Both the position numbers and the translations under genes were made by a program. The notes beneath the pieces were generated by a model. The model had not been told where the DNA came from, did not search any database, and saw only the letters and a program-made list of their open reading frames with translations. From Trueperaceae bacterium (lineage in GTDB: Bacteria > Deinococcota > Deinococci > Deinococcales > Trueperaceae), in NCBI GenBank assembly GCA_965213925.1, contig OZ243927.1, positions 160,001 to 224,000 of the forward strand: a DNA stretch of 64,000 nucleotides, written 5' to 3'. The number at the start of each line of letters is the position of its first letter. Position 1 is the first letter of the stretch. This document shows, piece after piece, positions 1 to 12,175 of this stretch.

Positions 1-270
1 CCCGCCCCTGCACCCCCGCCGCGTGCGCCGAGCCCGTGAGCGCGTGGCAGATGAGAATCGCGTTGTCGCCCGCCGCGTTCAGCTCGCCGTAAGTTTCGAA
101 AGTGACGGCGACGTGCTTTAGGGTGCCGCCATACTCGAGCACCAGCGGCTCCTGCGGCGTCGCCACGTCCACCACTTGCGGCGTGACCATCCCGACGCCG
201 CCCGCGTCCGCCTGCGTCCTCGCTAGGAGCGCCGCGTGGTCGCCCCACGTTTCGTGAACGAGCGTGCGGT

Positions 271-274
<4 letters not shown>
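1..274 (-). CDS. metX: Homoserine O-acetyltransferase, 5' part (runs off window start)
   Basis: Manual translation [11 protein letters not shown]...[45 protein letters not shown] overlaps stop of upstream metY (ATGA). Confidence 0.9.
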
Positions 275-2942
<2,668 letters not shown>

Positions 2943-3225
2943 CTAGTCAGCATTTCAGGGTTTTCCTGAAGTCCAGTCAAGCTGACCATGTAATCCAGTC
3001 ATACCCCATACGGGGCACAGGGCTGGTTACGCAGTCTCCCGCTTACGAAGTTTTCACGAATGCGAAAGGGAACGAACGGTCTTGCGAAGCAAACGAACGG
3101 TCTGAGTTACTGGTAAGTCAAGAACAAAGCAGCCCGATTCTGAGTTTTTATACGCTCAGCAATCGAACTGCTCCAAACATTCGTGCAAAATAAACTTGTA
3201 TGGAACCGCGTTTCAACGTCATCTC

Positions 3226-3345
3226 CTTATCTCTCTCGAGCCTAACTATCGTAGTTCGCGTCTCGAGTTGGAGGGAGCACCCGCTTACATGAAAGCTGGT
3301 TGCTGCAACGTCGCCGGGCCAAATCCCTCGGTTGCTCTGGATAAG
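3226..3345 (-). promoter_or_regulatory. SAM-I (S-box) riboswitch
   Basis: Minus strand CTTATCCAGAG..GAGGGATTTGGCCC..GCAACC..GGTGCT..TCC..GAGATAAG matches the SAM-I consensus; lies upstream of met operon. Confidence 0.9.
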
Positions 3346-3482
3346 TGCCACCTCTTGAAAAGTGGTATGGAAAATTAGAACATACTTGCTTAGGGGTTTG
3401 CAAGGGCTTTACGGTTTAGGTTCAGGGCTACCGCAAAGTCAGGAGCTAAGGAGCTTAGGGAGGTAAGCACGGTTCCAGCCTG

Positions 3483-3641
3483 CACGTAGTCGTTTTGCTT
3501 GAACCCCTCGCCGCCAACGCGAACGCCACCATCGTCACCTACAACCTCAAAGACTTTAGAGGAAGCGAGACCTTAGGCATTGATGCTGTAGACCCCGCCG
3601 AGCTTATCCGCGCACTTATTAAGAAAGGATGGACCCCATGA
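3483..3641 (+). pseudogene. PIN-domain toxin, C-terminal remnant
   Basis: Translates ..ANANATIVTYNLKDFRGSETLGIDAVDPAELIRAL..; stop overlaps antitoxin ATG; no N-terminus. Confidence 0.7.
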
Positions 3642-3928
3642 GCAGTTTGAACCTGCGTCTACCTGACTACCTCCACGATCATATCCGCGAACTAGCTAAG
3701 CGTGAAGGCGTTTCAATCAACCAGCTCATCACGCTGGCAGTAGCGGAGAAGGTCTCGGCGCTGGACGCGGCGACGTATCTACGTGAGCGAGCGAACCGAG
3801 CTGATGAGGAGGCCTACAGGGAAGTGTTTGAAGCTGTGCCTGCTGTTCCTACCGATACGCATGACGCCGTACCTGAGGATTTGCAGAGCGTGTTCAGGAA
3901 GCTGTGGCGTTTTGAACGTTGGTCGTGA
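3638..3928 (+). CDS. Ribbon-helix-helix / HicB-like antitoxin
   Basis: MSSLNLRLPDYLHDHIRELAKREGVSINQLITLAVAEKVS. Confidence 0.8.
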   Translation: MSSLNLRLPDYLHDHIRELAKREGVSINQLITLAVAEKVSALDAATYLRERANRADEEAYREVFEAVPAVPTDTHDAVPEDLQSVFRKLWRFERWS

Positions 3929-4074
3929 AAGCTTCTACGCTCAGCTTTTTCGCGTAAGTCCTACTCTATTCTCTATAACCGTTTGAAATTTTGATAAATC
4001 CCATTTGAACTATTATAATCTGTAGCTTTGCTAAATTTTTCGGTCGTAAAATTTGACAGAAGTATACTGTACAT

Positions 4075-4312
4075 ACCTGGCAAGATGGCGCGGCGGTGGT
4101 CAAGGTCTTCCCGGCCTCGAGCGGCGGCCCGGGCCACGTCAAAGCGCTCAAGAGCGTTCCGCCAGACGTGCCGTTCGTCCCAACGGGCAGCGTGAACGGG
4201 GCGAACTTAGACGCCTTTTGCTGCCGGGGCTGAGTTTGTCGGCGTTGGGAGCGCCCTCCTGCCGCAAGAGCAAAGTGCCTGGGCTAACCGAGAGGTTCTC
4301 TCGGCACACTTA
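4075..4312 (+). pseudogene. eda: KDPG/KHG aldolase C-terminal remnant, frameshifted
   Basis: Translates GAAVVKVFPASSGGPGHVKALKSVPPDVPFVPTGSV..AGAEFVGVGSAL; N-terminus absent. Confidence 0.75.
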
Positions 4313-4344
4313 GCGCCCTACTTAGACGCGAGAAAGGAACACGC

Positions 4345-4991
4345 ATGACCTATTCAAAAGAAACCATCGAAGCTTTCGGGGGGTCTCGACAGCCTCCGCC
4401 GCCGACGTCATCGAACAGGGCGCTAACCGAAAGGGCTACATGCACAGCAGCATAGAGGCGCGCGTCAACGACAGGGAAATTGTCAGCCCCGAGGTGACCG
4501 TGGCAGAAGGCCCCGCCGATGAGGCCGTGCCGCCGACTCACGCGCTCGGCCTCATTGATGAGTCGAACGAGGGAGACGTCATCGGCATCGGTGGGGAGAG
4601 CGAGGTCGCTGTTTGGGGCGGACTCATGACGGCGGGCGCAGCAGTCAACGGCTTAGCGGGCGCGATTCTAGACGGCGGCGTCCGGGACATCACCGAGATC
4701 AAACGCGACCACGACTTCCCGGTTTTCGCCCGCAGCGTCTCGCCGGGCACGACCGTGGGCCGCTTCAAAACGCTCTCGAAAAACGAGCCCGTCACCTGCG
4801 GCGACGTCGAGGTCCAGCCGGACGACCTCATCGTGGCCGATACCGCTGGCGTCGTTGTCGTGCCCAAAGACCACGTCGGTGCGGTGCGTAAGGCCGCGCA
4901 GGAGAGCGAGCAGAAGGAGGCGGAGCAGGCGAAGTGTATCCGCGAGTCGGGCTCGCTCCGCGGCGGCCTCGCCAAATACCAGCGCATCTGA
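4345..4991 (+). pseudogene. RraA / HMG aldolase family protein with a frameshift near the 5' end
   Basis: RBS AAAGGA + ATG 4345 (MTYSKETIEAF); frame changes in G run 4378-4383 to VSTASAADVIEQ..AVWGGLM..DGGVRD. Confidence 0.75.
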
Positions 4992-5914
4992 TGCCCGAGT
5001 TGCTCTCCTTAGGCGAGCCTATGCTCGAATTCGCGCAGGTCGAGCGTGAGGGTCGCCCTGTCTACCTGCAGGGCTTCGGCGGCGACACCTCGAATATGGC
5101 GGTCGCCGCCGCCCGGCAGGGTGCCGACGTCGGTATCATGACGCGGATCGGACAAGACCCCTTCGGCGACGCGTTCATGGGGCTCTGGCAACGCGAAAAG
5201 ATCGACGTTTCTCGCGTCACACGTGACGCGTCGCACCCCACCGGTGTCTATTTCATTACCTATTCGGGTCAGGGGCACGACTTCACCTACTACCGGCGGG
5301 GGTCGGCGGCGAGTCAGCTTCAGCCGGGCGACATCAAAGCTGGGCACCTGGAGGGCGTCAAAGTGCTACATCTTTCAGGGATCAGTCAAGCGATTAGCCA
5401 GAGCGCTTGCGACGCGACGTTCAAGGCGCTCGAGCTTGCTAAGGAACACGGCGTTAAGGTGTCCTATGACACCAACCTACGCCTCAAGCTCTGGCCCGTG
5501 CACCGAGCCAGGGCAGTGACCTTCGAAACGGTTCGCTACTGCGACTACTGCTTGCCGAGCTTGGAGGACGCGACTACATTGACGGGCGTCAACGACCCAG
5601 AGGCGATTGTTGACTTTTTTTTAGACAAGGGTGCGGCGTCTGTGGTGTTGAAGCTAGGCGCGGACGGCGCACTTGTAAGCGACAGCCGCCAGAGAGAACT
5701 TATACCCGCTCACAGCGTTGAGGTAGTGGACGCGACGGGCGCAGGGGACACGTTTGACGGTGCGTTCATCGCCGGAGTCCTTCGCGGGCGCACCGTTTTC
5801 GACGCGGCTAGGACCGCGAACGCCGCCGCCGCGCTCTCAACGCGTGACCACGGCGCGGTCCACCCGATGCCTACGCGAGACGAGGTCGACAACTTTCTCA
5901 AATCGGTTGTCTGA
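4991..5914 (+). CDS. kdgK: PfkB-family sugar kinase, 2-keto-3-deoxygluconate kinase-like
   Basis: GGDTSNMAVAAARQG, YDTNLRLKLW, DATGAGDTFDG; next to eda remnant. Confidence 0.85.
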   Translation: MPELLSLGEPMLEFAQVEREGRPVYLQGFGGDTSNMAVAAARQGADVGIMTRIGQDPFGDAFMGLWQREKIDVSRVTRDASHPTGVYFITYSGQGHDFTYYRRGSAASQLQPGDIKAGHLEGVKVLHLSGISQAISQSACDATFKALELAKEHGVKVSYDTNLRLKLWPVHRARAVTFETVRYCDYCLPSLEDATTLTGVNDPEAIVDFFLDKGAASVVLKLGADGALVSDSRQRELIPAHSVEVVDATGAGDTFDGAFIAGVLRGRTVFDAARTANAAAALSTRDHGAVHPMPTRDEVDNFLKSVV

Positions 5915-5929
5915 GACGTCCAAATCGAG

Positions 5930-6311
5930 GGAGAGGTGTCACCAAGCTGAGCGAAATTCCAAACCACCTTTCAAGAATGGGTCGAGGGCACGCTCGGCTG
6001 GACCATTGAGAGTGCGCAGCTTACGAAGTTTTGCCTCCGGCAAACGCCTACGCAGGTATCGGGAGCTTCTGGCTCCTCGAAGGGCAAAAATTCACACCTA
6101 AGCGGCCATGCTCAAAGGCAACCGCACCTTCAAGGTGTTGCCGAGAAGATGGGTCGTAGAAAGAACGTTTACTTGGATTAGTCGTTATAGACGCCATAGC
6201 AAAGACTACGAACGCTTGCCCCGAAGCAGTGAAGCGCTCATCTACGCCGCTATGGTGCGCTCGGTGGTGACAAGGCTCGCAAAATCTAGGGTATACCCAG
6301 ACACCCTCTGA
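5930..6311 (+). mobile_element. IS5-family transposase C-terminal remnant with right end
   Basis: [31 protein letters not shown]; ends in CCAGACACCCTCT. Confidence 0.85.
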
Positions 6312-6533
6312 CACTTTTCTGACAGAGTCAGGGTGTTACACTGCGCAAACATAGGGGGTAACACCTCGGTAAAGTGTAGCGGTTTTCAAAGTCACCGAGC
6401 TTGTATCACGTAAGTATAATCATCACAAGTGCGTGCTAGGCGATGTTATACATAGTGAGCGTGTTTGTGACTGGAGAAAGTGCCCTAGCCGGGGCATACC
6501 TGCTATACGCCTAGAATGATGTGGAGGAGAGAG

Positions 6534-7097
6534 ATGGATATCTACAGAATGATCGGGCGCAACATCGAAGTGACGGACGCCATGCGCAGCTACACCGAGG
6601 AGAAGCTCAGCAAGCTCGACCACTTCTCGAACCGTGTAGTAGACGCCAAAGTCGTCATCTCTTACGCGGCGGACGGCGACGCAGCGCAGCCCGCCAAGGT
6701 CGAGGTGCAGCTCAATATCCCGCACGGCATCGTGCGCGCTGAGGAGAGCGGGCAGGACGCTTACGCTGCGGTGGATAAGGTCGTGGATAAGCTCGGGCGT
6801 CAACTCAGGCGCTTTAAGGAGCGCAAGATCGCCCGCCGCACCGACGCTTCCCCGCCACCGCCCGCCGACCCCGTCGACTTGCCTCCTTTAGACGACGAGG
6901 ACGAGGTCGAATACGGTCCCAGCATCGCCCGCGTCAAGCGCCACGTGCTCCGCCCCATGTCACCCGAGGACGCCGCCATGCAGATGGAGGCGCTAGGTCA
7001 CACCTTCTTCATGTTTCGCAACATGGAAACCGAAGAGATCAACGTGATCTACCTGCGGCACGACGGAGACTACGGGCTGATCGAGCCGGGTAATTAA
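6534..7097 (+). CDS. hpf: Ribosome hibernation promoting factor (long HPF)
   Basis: GRNIEVTDAMRSYTEEKL..DAYAAVDKVVDKL..PMSPEDAAMQMEALGHTFFMF..DYGLIEP. Confidence 0.95.
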   Translation: MDIYRMIGRNIEVTDAMRSYTEEKLSKLDHFSNRVVDAKVVISYAADGDAAQPAKVEVQLNIPHGIVRAEESGQDAYAAVDKVVDKLGRQLRRFKERKIARRTDASPPPPADPVDLPPLDDEDEVEYGPSIARVKRHVLRPMSPEDAAMQMEALGHTFFMFRNMETEEINVIYLRHDGDYGLIEPGN

Positions 7098-7100
7098 ACT

Positions 7101-7179
7101 GTAGGGGGCATCTATGAATGCCCCTACTCTGTAAGGCGTATAGGGGCGACTCATACGGTAATCTAAATTGCGCCCCTAC
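7101..7179. repeat. Two GTAG/TAGGGGC..GCCCCTAC REP-like palindromes between convergent genes
   Basis: gtagggggcat..atgcccctac and taggggcg..cgcccctac. Confidence 0.6.
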
Positions 7180-7793
7180 TCTCTTAGCACCGTGCCGCTC
7201 GGCAGCGCGTAGAGCGCCCGTAAGGTCGCTACGTCGCGCTCGGTTATCTCGCCGCTCGGTACGGCGCTGAGCGCGTCTCCTTCGAAGGGGCTGCGCCCGA
7301 AAAGACCCAGCGCGTGTCCGACTTGCAGCGCAGCGAAGCGGTAGAGCGCCTCCGGCTCGGTGGTGGGGTCTAGGATGACGCTCGTCGCGCGGTAGTCGTA
7401 GCGACCATCTGCCCCGACGCTAAAAGCGTAGCGGTACGATCCCGCGGCGCCCTCTAAAGGCTCCCAGTTCACGACCAACGCGGTCTCGCTCGGCTCCTCT
7501 ACAAACTCGAAGCTGACGATGTCTGGCGCAGCCTCCTCCCACGCCTCGAACGCGCGACGCACCTCGGCTTGCGCTTGACCTTGTGAAGCCGCCCAAGAGG
7601 GCGACGGGATAAAGACCTCGACGGGGAAATCCTCCAGTTGGTAGCGCAGCAACCGTGACTCACCGCGCGTCGTCTCGGGGTCGGTACCGTTTTCGCTCAG
7701 GTAGGTTTCCGCTTGAGCGAACGTCGCCGCGCCGAGACTGTGTCCTAATAATAAGAGCGTCAATACCACACGTTTGATCATCGCGACTTTCAC
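7176..7793 (-). CDS. Exported matrixin/metzincin-like protein with degenerate HExxH
   Basis: Signal peptide; VRRAFEAWEE; ALQVGHALGL; ITERDVATLRALY. Confidence 0.7.
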   Translation of the reverse strand: MKVAMIKRVVLTLLLLGHSLGAATFAQAETYLSENGTDPETTRGESRLLRYQLEDFPVEVFIPSPSWAASQGQAQAEVRRAFEAWEEAAPDIVSFEFVEEPSETALVVNWEPLEGAAGSYRYAFSVGADGRYDYRATSVILDPTTEPEALYRFAALQVGHALGLFGRSPFEGDALSAVPSGEITERDVATLRALYALPSGTVLRE

Positions 7794-7964
7794 ATCCTCC
7801 GCTGTTCTTCATAATGTCAGCGTGAAGAACGGTTCCCAGTGTAACGAGGTCAGGTGAGAAAGCGCGAAACGCACGCGCAACTTCTCTACAGCGGTGTAAC
7901 ACGTTTTGGACGCGAAGCCCGTAGGCAGAGGGTGCGCTATCTGCGTATAGACCGAGACACCTTC

Positions 7965-8630
7965 TTACGTGACTGAACGTGCCTCCCTCGAGTCTGTAAG
8001 CGCGCGCACCACCAGAGCGCCGAAGACAAACCCGCCCACATGCGCCCACCACGCCACCCCGCTGATCGCCGAGGCGGAGACTAGCGCGCCGCCCACCGCC
8101 TGCACGACCTGGATGAGCGCCCAGTAACCCAAGTAGAGCCAGGCGGGGAGCCAAAAGATGAAAAAGGGCGGAATAAAGGTCAGCACGCGCATCCGCGGGA
8201 AGAGGATGATGTACGCCCCCAGCACCGCGCTAATCGCCCCCGACGCGCCGATCATCGGCACCTCCGAGCTGGTCATAAAAAGCCCGTGCGCGAGCGTCGC
8301 GGCGACCCCGCCTACGAGATAAAACAGCAGAAAGGTCATGTGACCCATGCGGTCTTCGATGTTGTCGCCGAAAACGTACAGAAAAAACATGTTGCCGAGA
8401 ATGTGCGTGAAGCCGCCGTGTAAAAAGAGGCTGGTCAGCAGGCGGTAGCTTTCGCCTATAGGGTTACTAAAGAAGAGGTCGGGAATGAAGCCGTAAGCGA
8501 AGACGAACGCTCTCGCCTCGCCCTGAGAAAAGGTCAAACCGTAGAGAAAGACGAGAATGTTGAGAAGGAGCAGAGTGTAGCCGACATAAGGGGTGCGGTG
8601 AACGGGATTGGCGTCGCGGAGCGGAAACAT
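7965..8630 (-). CDS. Rhomboid intramembrane serine protease
   Basis: LFLHGGFTHILGNM, GASGAISAV, AWWAHVGGF. Confidence 0.93.
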   Translation of the reverse strand: MFPLRDANPVHRTPYVGYTLLLLNILVFLYGLTFSQGEARAFVFAYGFIPDLFFSNPIGESYRLLTSLFLHGGFTHILGNMFFLYVFGDNIEDRMGHMTFLLFYLVGGVAATLAHGLFMTSSEVPMIGASGAISAVLGAYIILFPRMRVLTFIPPFFIFWLPAWLYLGYWALIQVVQAVGGALVSASAISGVAWWAHVGGFVFGALVVRALTDSREARSVT

Positions 8631-8730
8631 GGTTTAGGCTAACAGAGCACCCAAAAGAGGTCAGTGACGTGGAGATGTGGGGCGGGAGACTCGAGGCATT
8701 CTATCCAGCCGACTTACGGGCTCCGTTGCA

Positions 8731-9402
8731 CTACACAACTTGACGGCGCGAGGCTCTCTCTAAGGTCTGCCGCAACTTGACGATACTGTCCGCCGGATAC
8801 ACGCCGCGCAGCATCGCGCCGTTATAGACCGTCGTGCGCGGTCCGATGAGCGTGCCCGGCGCGAGCACCGCGTTGCAACCTACCGAAACGTCATCGCCTA
8901 GCGCCGCGCTAAACTTACGCAGTCCCGTGTCCGTCTCGCCGACTTTGACGCTCGCGCCGATCGTCTTGAGGTTGGCGAGCTTAACGCCCGCGCCTAGGTT
9001 GGCATTGCGCCCGAGCACCGCGTCACCGACGTAGTTGAAGTGCGGCGCTTTGGCTCCTGCTAAAAAGAGCGAGCGCTTAACCTCGGAAGCGTGACCGACC
9101 TTGACGTTCGGACCGAGCACGGTCGTGGCTCTCACGTACGCGGCGTGCCCGACCTCCGCGCCCTCCCCTATCCACGCTGGACCTTGCACGTAAGCGTAGG
9201 GGCCGATAACGGCTCCTTCAGCGAGGTAGACCTCGCCCTCCACGACGGCTGACGGATGCACCTCACCACGCAGGTCGCGGCGCACCCCTAGGGCGAAGCG
9301 GTCGAGCTGCGCCAAGACTTCCCAAGGGTACTCGGTGTCCAAGAGCGCGAGTAGCGGCGGCGCAACCTCCGTCAGGTCGAAAAGCTCGGCGGTCTTTAAC
9401 AT
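8731..9402 (-). CDS. GlmU-like left-handed beta-helix acyltransferase
   Basis: Hexapeptide repeats; KAPHFNYVGDAVLGRNANLGAG; TGLRKFSAALGD. Confidence 0.85.
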   Translation of the reverse strand: MLKTAELFDLTEVAPPLLALLDTEYPWEVLAQLDRFALGVRRDLRGEVHPSAVVEGEVYLAEGAVIGPYAYVQGPAWIGEGAEVGHAAYVRATTVLGPNVKVGHASEVKRSLFLAGAKAPHFNYVGDAVLGRNANLGAGVKLANLKTIGASVKVGETDTGLRKFSAALGDDVSVGCNAVLAPGTLIGPRTTVYNGAMLRGVYPADSIVKLRQTLERASRRQVV

Positions 9403-9505
9403 GCGCTAGTTTACCGCGCGGCGCGTCTCTCGCTAGAGGAGCGCACGGCACAATCTAGGGCTGTGGAGGTCGCCGCGCTCAAGAGGTACAATCGGGTCGC
9501 CCGTC

Positions 9506-10399
9506 ATGACGTACCCTATACACCTCATCGTCAACCCGGTCGCTGGACGCGGGCGCAGTTTGCGGCAGCTCGGGCGCGTGCGCGCCGACCTCGAGCGGCA
9601 GAGCGTCGCCCATCACGTCCACTTTACCCGCGCGCCCGGCCACGCTTCTCACATCGCCGCCGCCCTACCCGGAGACGCGACGGTGCTCGTTTCGGGCGGC
9701 GACGGCACCCTCCACGAGGTCGCTTCGGCGTGTCTTCACACCGAGCGCACGCTGGGTGTCATACCGGGCGGCACCGGTGACGACTTCGCGGCGGCGCTGG
9801 GTCTAGGGCGGCGCTCGCTCGAGGAGGCGTTGGCGCACGCCCTCTCGGGTCGCAGTGTGCGAGTCGATACCGCTACGGTCAACGGCGAAGGGTTTATCAA
9901 CGCGCTCGGCACCGGCTTCGACGCACAAGTTGCCTATAACTTCAGACGCGCTCCCAATCTGCTAAGGTCGCGCGCCGCTTATCTCTACGCCGTCGCCCTC
10001 ACCCTGCGCACCTTGCAGCGTCAGCAGGTCGAGGTCACCGTAGACGGCTCGTCCTTCTACCGGGGGCCCGCGCTGCTCACCTCGGTCCAGAACGGTCCGC
10101 GTACGGGTGGCAGCTTCGTGTTTGCGCCCGACGCGAGCCTCACCGACGGACGCCTAAACGTGGTCGTCGCGGGACGCATCGGGGTTAAAGATGTGCTCGC
10201 CCTCTTGCCGAGAGTGTTGCGGGGTGAACGTCTGGACCACCCCGAAGTGTACGAAGTGACGGGCGAGCGCATCACGATTTACTGGGAAGAGGCGACGGTC
10301 GCGCACATGGAGGGGCAGCTTCTGCAAGCGCAGAAGCGGTTCGAGGTAGAGGTCGCGCCGCGCTCCCTGCGGGTGCTGCACCGCACGGTCTCCGAGTAA
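9506..10399 (+). CDS. Diacylglycerol/lipid kinase (YegS/BmrU family)
   Basis: IVNPVAGRG, GGDGTLHEV, IPGGTGDDFA. Confidence 0.92.
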   Translation: MTYPIHLIVNPVAGRGRSLRQLGRVRADLERQSVAHHVHFTRAPGHASHIAAALPGDATVLVSGGDGTLHEVASACLHTERTLGVIPGGTGDDFAAALGLGRRSLEEALAHALSGRSVRVDTATVNGEGFINALGTGFDAQVAYNFRRAPNLLRSRAAYLYAVALTLRTLQRQQVEVTVDGSSFYRGPALLTSVQNGPRTGGSFVFAPDASLTDGRLNVVVAGRIGVKDVLALLPRVLRGERLDHPEVYEVTGERITIYWEEATVAHMEGQLLQAQKRFEVEVAPRSLRVLHRTVSE

Positions 10400-10407
10400 G
10401 GCGCGCG

Positions 10408-12078
10408 TCAGCTTTCTTCGCAAAAGGGTGACGTTGAGTCACGTGTCAGACGCAAAACGAGCCCTTCGTTGGCAGAGAGGTCAAGCTTAGCGAGTTCGAC
10501 CTCTCCTTGTCGTGACCTGTGGCTCGAGACCGCCACCACCGCTCGAGCATCGTAGCGCGGGAGGGATAGCTCGAGCTGATGCTGATTCCCGCTTAGATTC
10601 AGCACGATCAAGAAGCTGTCCGCGTCTTTCGCCGCGCGCACGTAGGCGAATACATCGCCGTCCGCTTCTCCTACCGCCACCTCCTCGTAACCGCCGATAC
10701 TGAGCGCGGGTTCGCCCCTCCGCAGTTTAGTCAGCGTTGTAAATAGGGAGAGCATCGACGCGTCGTCATCCGTTTGAGCCTCGACGTTATTCTCCTCAAA
10801 GTCATCCGCGAGCGGCAACCACGGCTCCGCCTCTTTACCTGTAAACCCTGCGTTCGGCGAAGCGTCCCACTGCATCGGCGTGCGCTCGGGGTCGCGCCCC
10901 AAGAGGTGCGCCACCTCGGGCTGGTTCACGGCGGGCGGGTCTTTGACTTTGTCGGCGGGAATCTCGACGTCACGCATCCCGATCTCTTCGCCGTAATAGA
11001 CAAAGGGCGTGCCGTGCAGCGTGAGGAGCAGCATCTGCGCCACCCTCGCCTGCTCCCTTCCGACCCGCGTCGCCACGCGGTGCTGGTCATGGTTGCCTAA
11101 AACGTAGTTGGGCCACGCGCCGGGCGGCAGATACGCTTCGTAACGCTCCACGATGCGGCGCACGGTGGGCGCGTTCCAGTCGTTGTAGATGAAGTTAAAG
11201 TTGAACGGCAGATGGCACTCGTCGGCGAGGCCGTAGTATGCCATCAAGGTCTCATCGAACAGAAACATCTCACCGATGAGCACGCGCTCACGACCCGGCG
11301 CGCTGTAGCTATCCACCACGCGCCGCATCTTTTTGATGAGCGTATGCACCTCGGGCTGGTTACGCGAATAGATATGGTTCAGCTTGCCGTAAGGCTCGAC
11401 GCCGTCCCACATCTTGTTCTCAGGTTCGTCGCGGAGATGTGGGTCTTGGAGCATAAACTCGATGACGTCCACCCGAAAGCCGTCTACACCCTTGCCGAGC
11501 CAGAACTGCATCGTTTCAAAGAGGGCACTTTCCACCTCGGGGTTGTGATAGTTGAGGTCGGGCTGTCTATATTCGAAGCTGTGGAGGTAGTATTGACCTC
11601 TCGCCTCATCAAAGGTCCAAGCGGAGCCGCCGAAGCAGGAGAGCCAGTTGTTAGGCGGACCGCCGTCCGCCCCCCCATCGCGCCAGATGTACCAGTCAGA
11701 CCGAGCGTTATCCCGACTTTGGCGCGACTCCTGAAACCAGGCATGCTCCGTGGAGGTGTGGTTTGGGACGAGGTCTAAGATCAGCTTGAGCCCCCGTTTA
11801 TGTACCTCGTCTAAAAGCGCGTCGAAATCCTCCACCGTGCCGAAAAGCGGATGGATGTCCACGTAATCCGCTACGTCGTAGCCGAAGTCGTGCATCGGGG
11901 AAGGGTAGATAGGCGAGAGCCAGATGGCGTCTACGCCTAAGGATTGGAGGTAGTCTAATCTACTCTGAATGCCCTTTAAGTCACCCACACCATCGTCATC
12001 GCTGTCTTGAAAGGAGCGCGGGTAGATTTGATAGACGATGCCAGTTTGCCACCAGCGGTGGTAGGTCAAATGAGCCAT
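10408..12078 (-). CDS. GH13 alpha-glucosidase
   Basis: YQIYPRSFQDS, DLVPNHTS, GVDGFRVDV, NYVLGNHD; start taken at MAHLT. Confidence 0.92.
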   Translation of the reverse strand: MAHLTYHRWWQTGIVYQIYPRSFQDSDDDGVGDLKGIQSRLDYLQSLGVDAIWLSPIYPSPMHDFGYDVADYVDIHPLFGTVEDFDALLDEVHKRGLKLILDLVPNHTSTEHAWFQESRQSRDNARSDWYIWRDGGADGGPPNNWLSCFGGSAWTFDEARGQYYLHSFEYRQPDLNYHNPEVESALFETMQFWLGKGVDGFRVDVIEFMLQDPHLRDEPENKMWDGVEPYGKLNHIYSRNQPEVHTLIKKMRRVVDSYSAPGRERVLIGEMFLFDETLMAYYGLADECHLPFNFNFIYNDWNAPTVRRIVERYEAYLPPGAWPNYVLGNHDQHRVATRVGREQARVAQMLLLTLHGTPFVYYGEEIGMRDVEIPADKVKDPPAVNQPEVAHLLGRDPERTPMQWDASPNAGFTGKEAEPWLPLADDFEENNVEAQTDDDASMLSLFTTLTKLRRGEPALSIGGYEEVAVGEADGDVFAYVRAAKDADSFLIVLNLSGNQHQLELSLPRYDARAVVAVSSHRSRQGEVELAKLDLSANEGLVLRLTRDSTSPFCEES

Positions 12079-12092
12079 CCCTTTTTGTACCA

Positions 12093-12122
12093 AAAAAGAA
12101 GGGGTGACATACATATCACCCC
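12093..12122 (-). terminator. Intrinsic terminator-like hairpin after the ABC permease
   Basis: Minus strand GGGGTGA..TCACCCC followed by TTCTTTTTT. Confidence 0.65.
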
Positions 12123-12175
12123 GGAATTTACCGTTTTTCCTAAGTTGCTAAAATGCTGACTAGCTGAGACGCTTT

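Noticed and set aside
4378..4383. Programmed frameshift or phase variation in the RraA G run
   Set aside because: Only six G, and the neighbouring eda is decayed; pseudogenisation or sequencing error is simpler.
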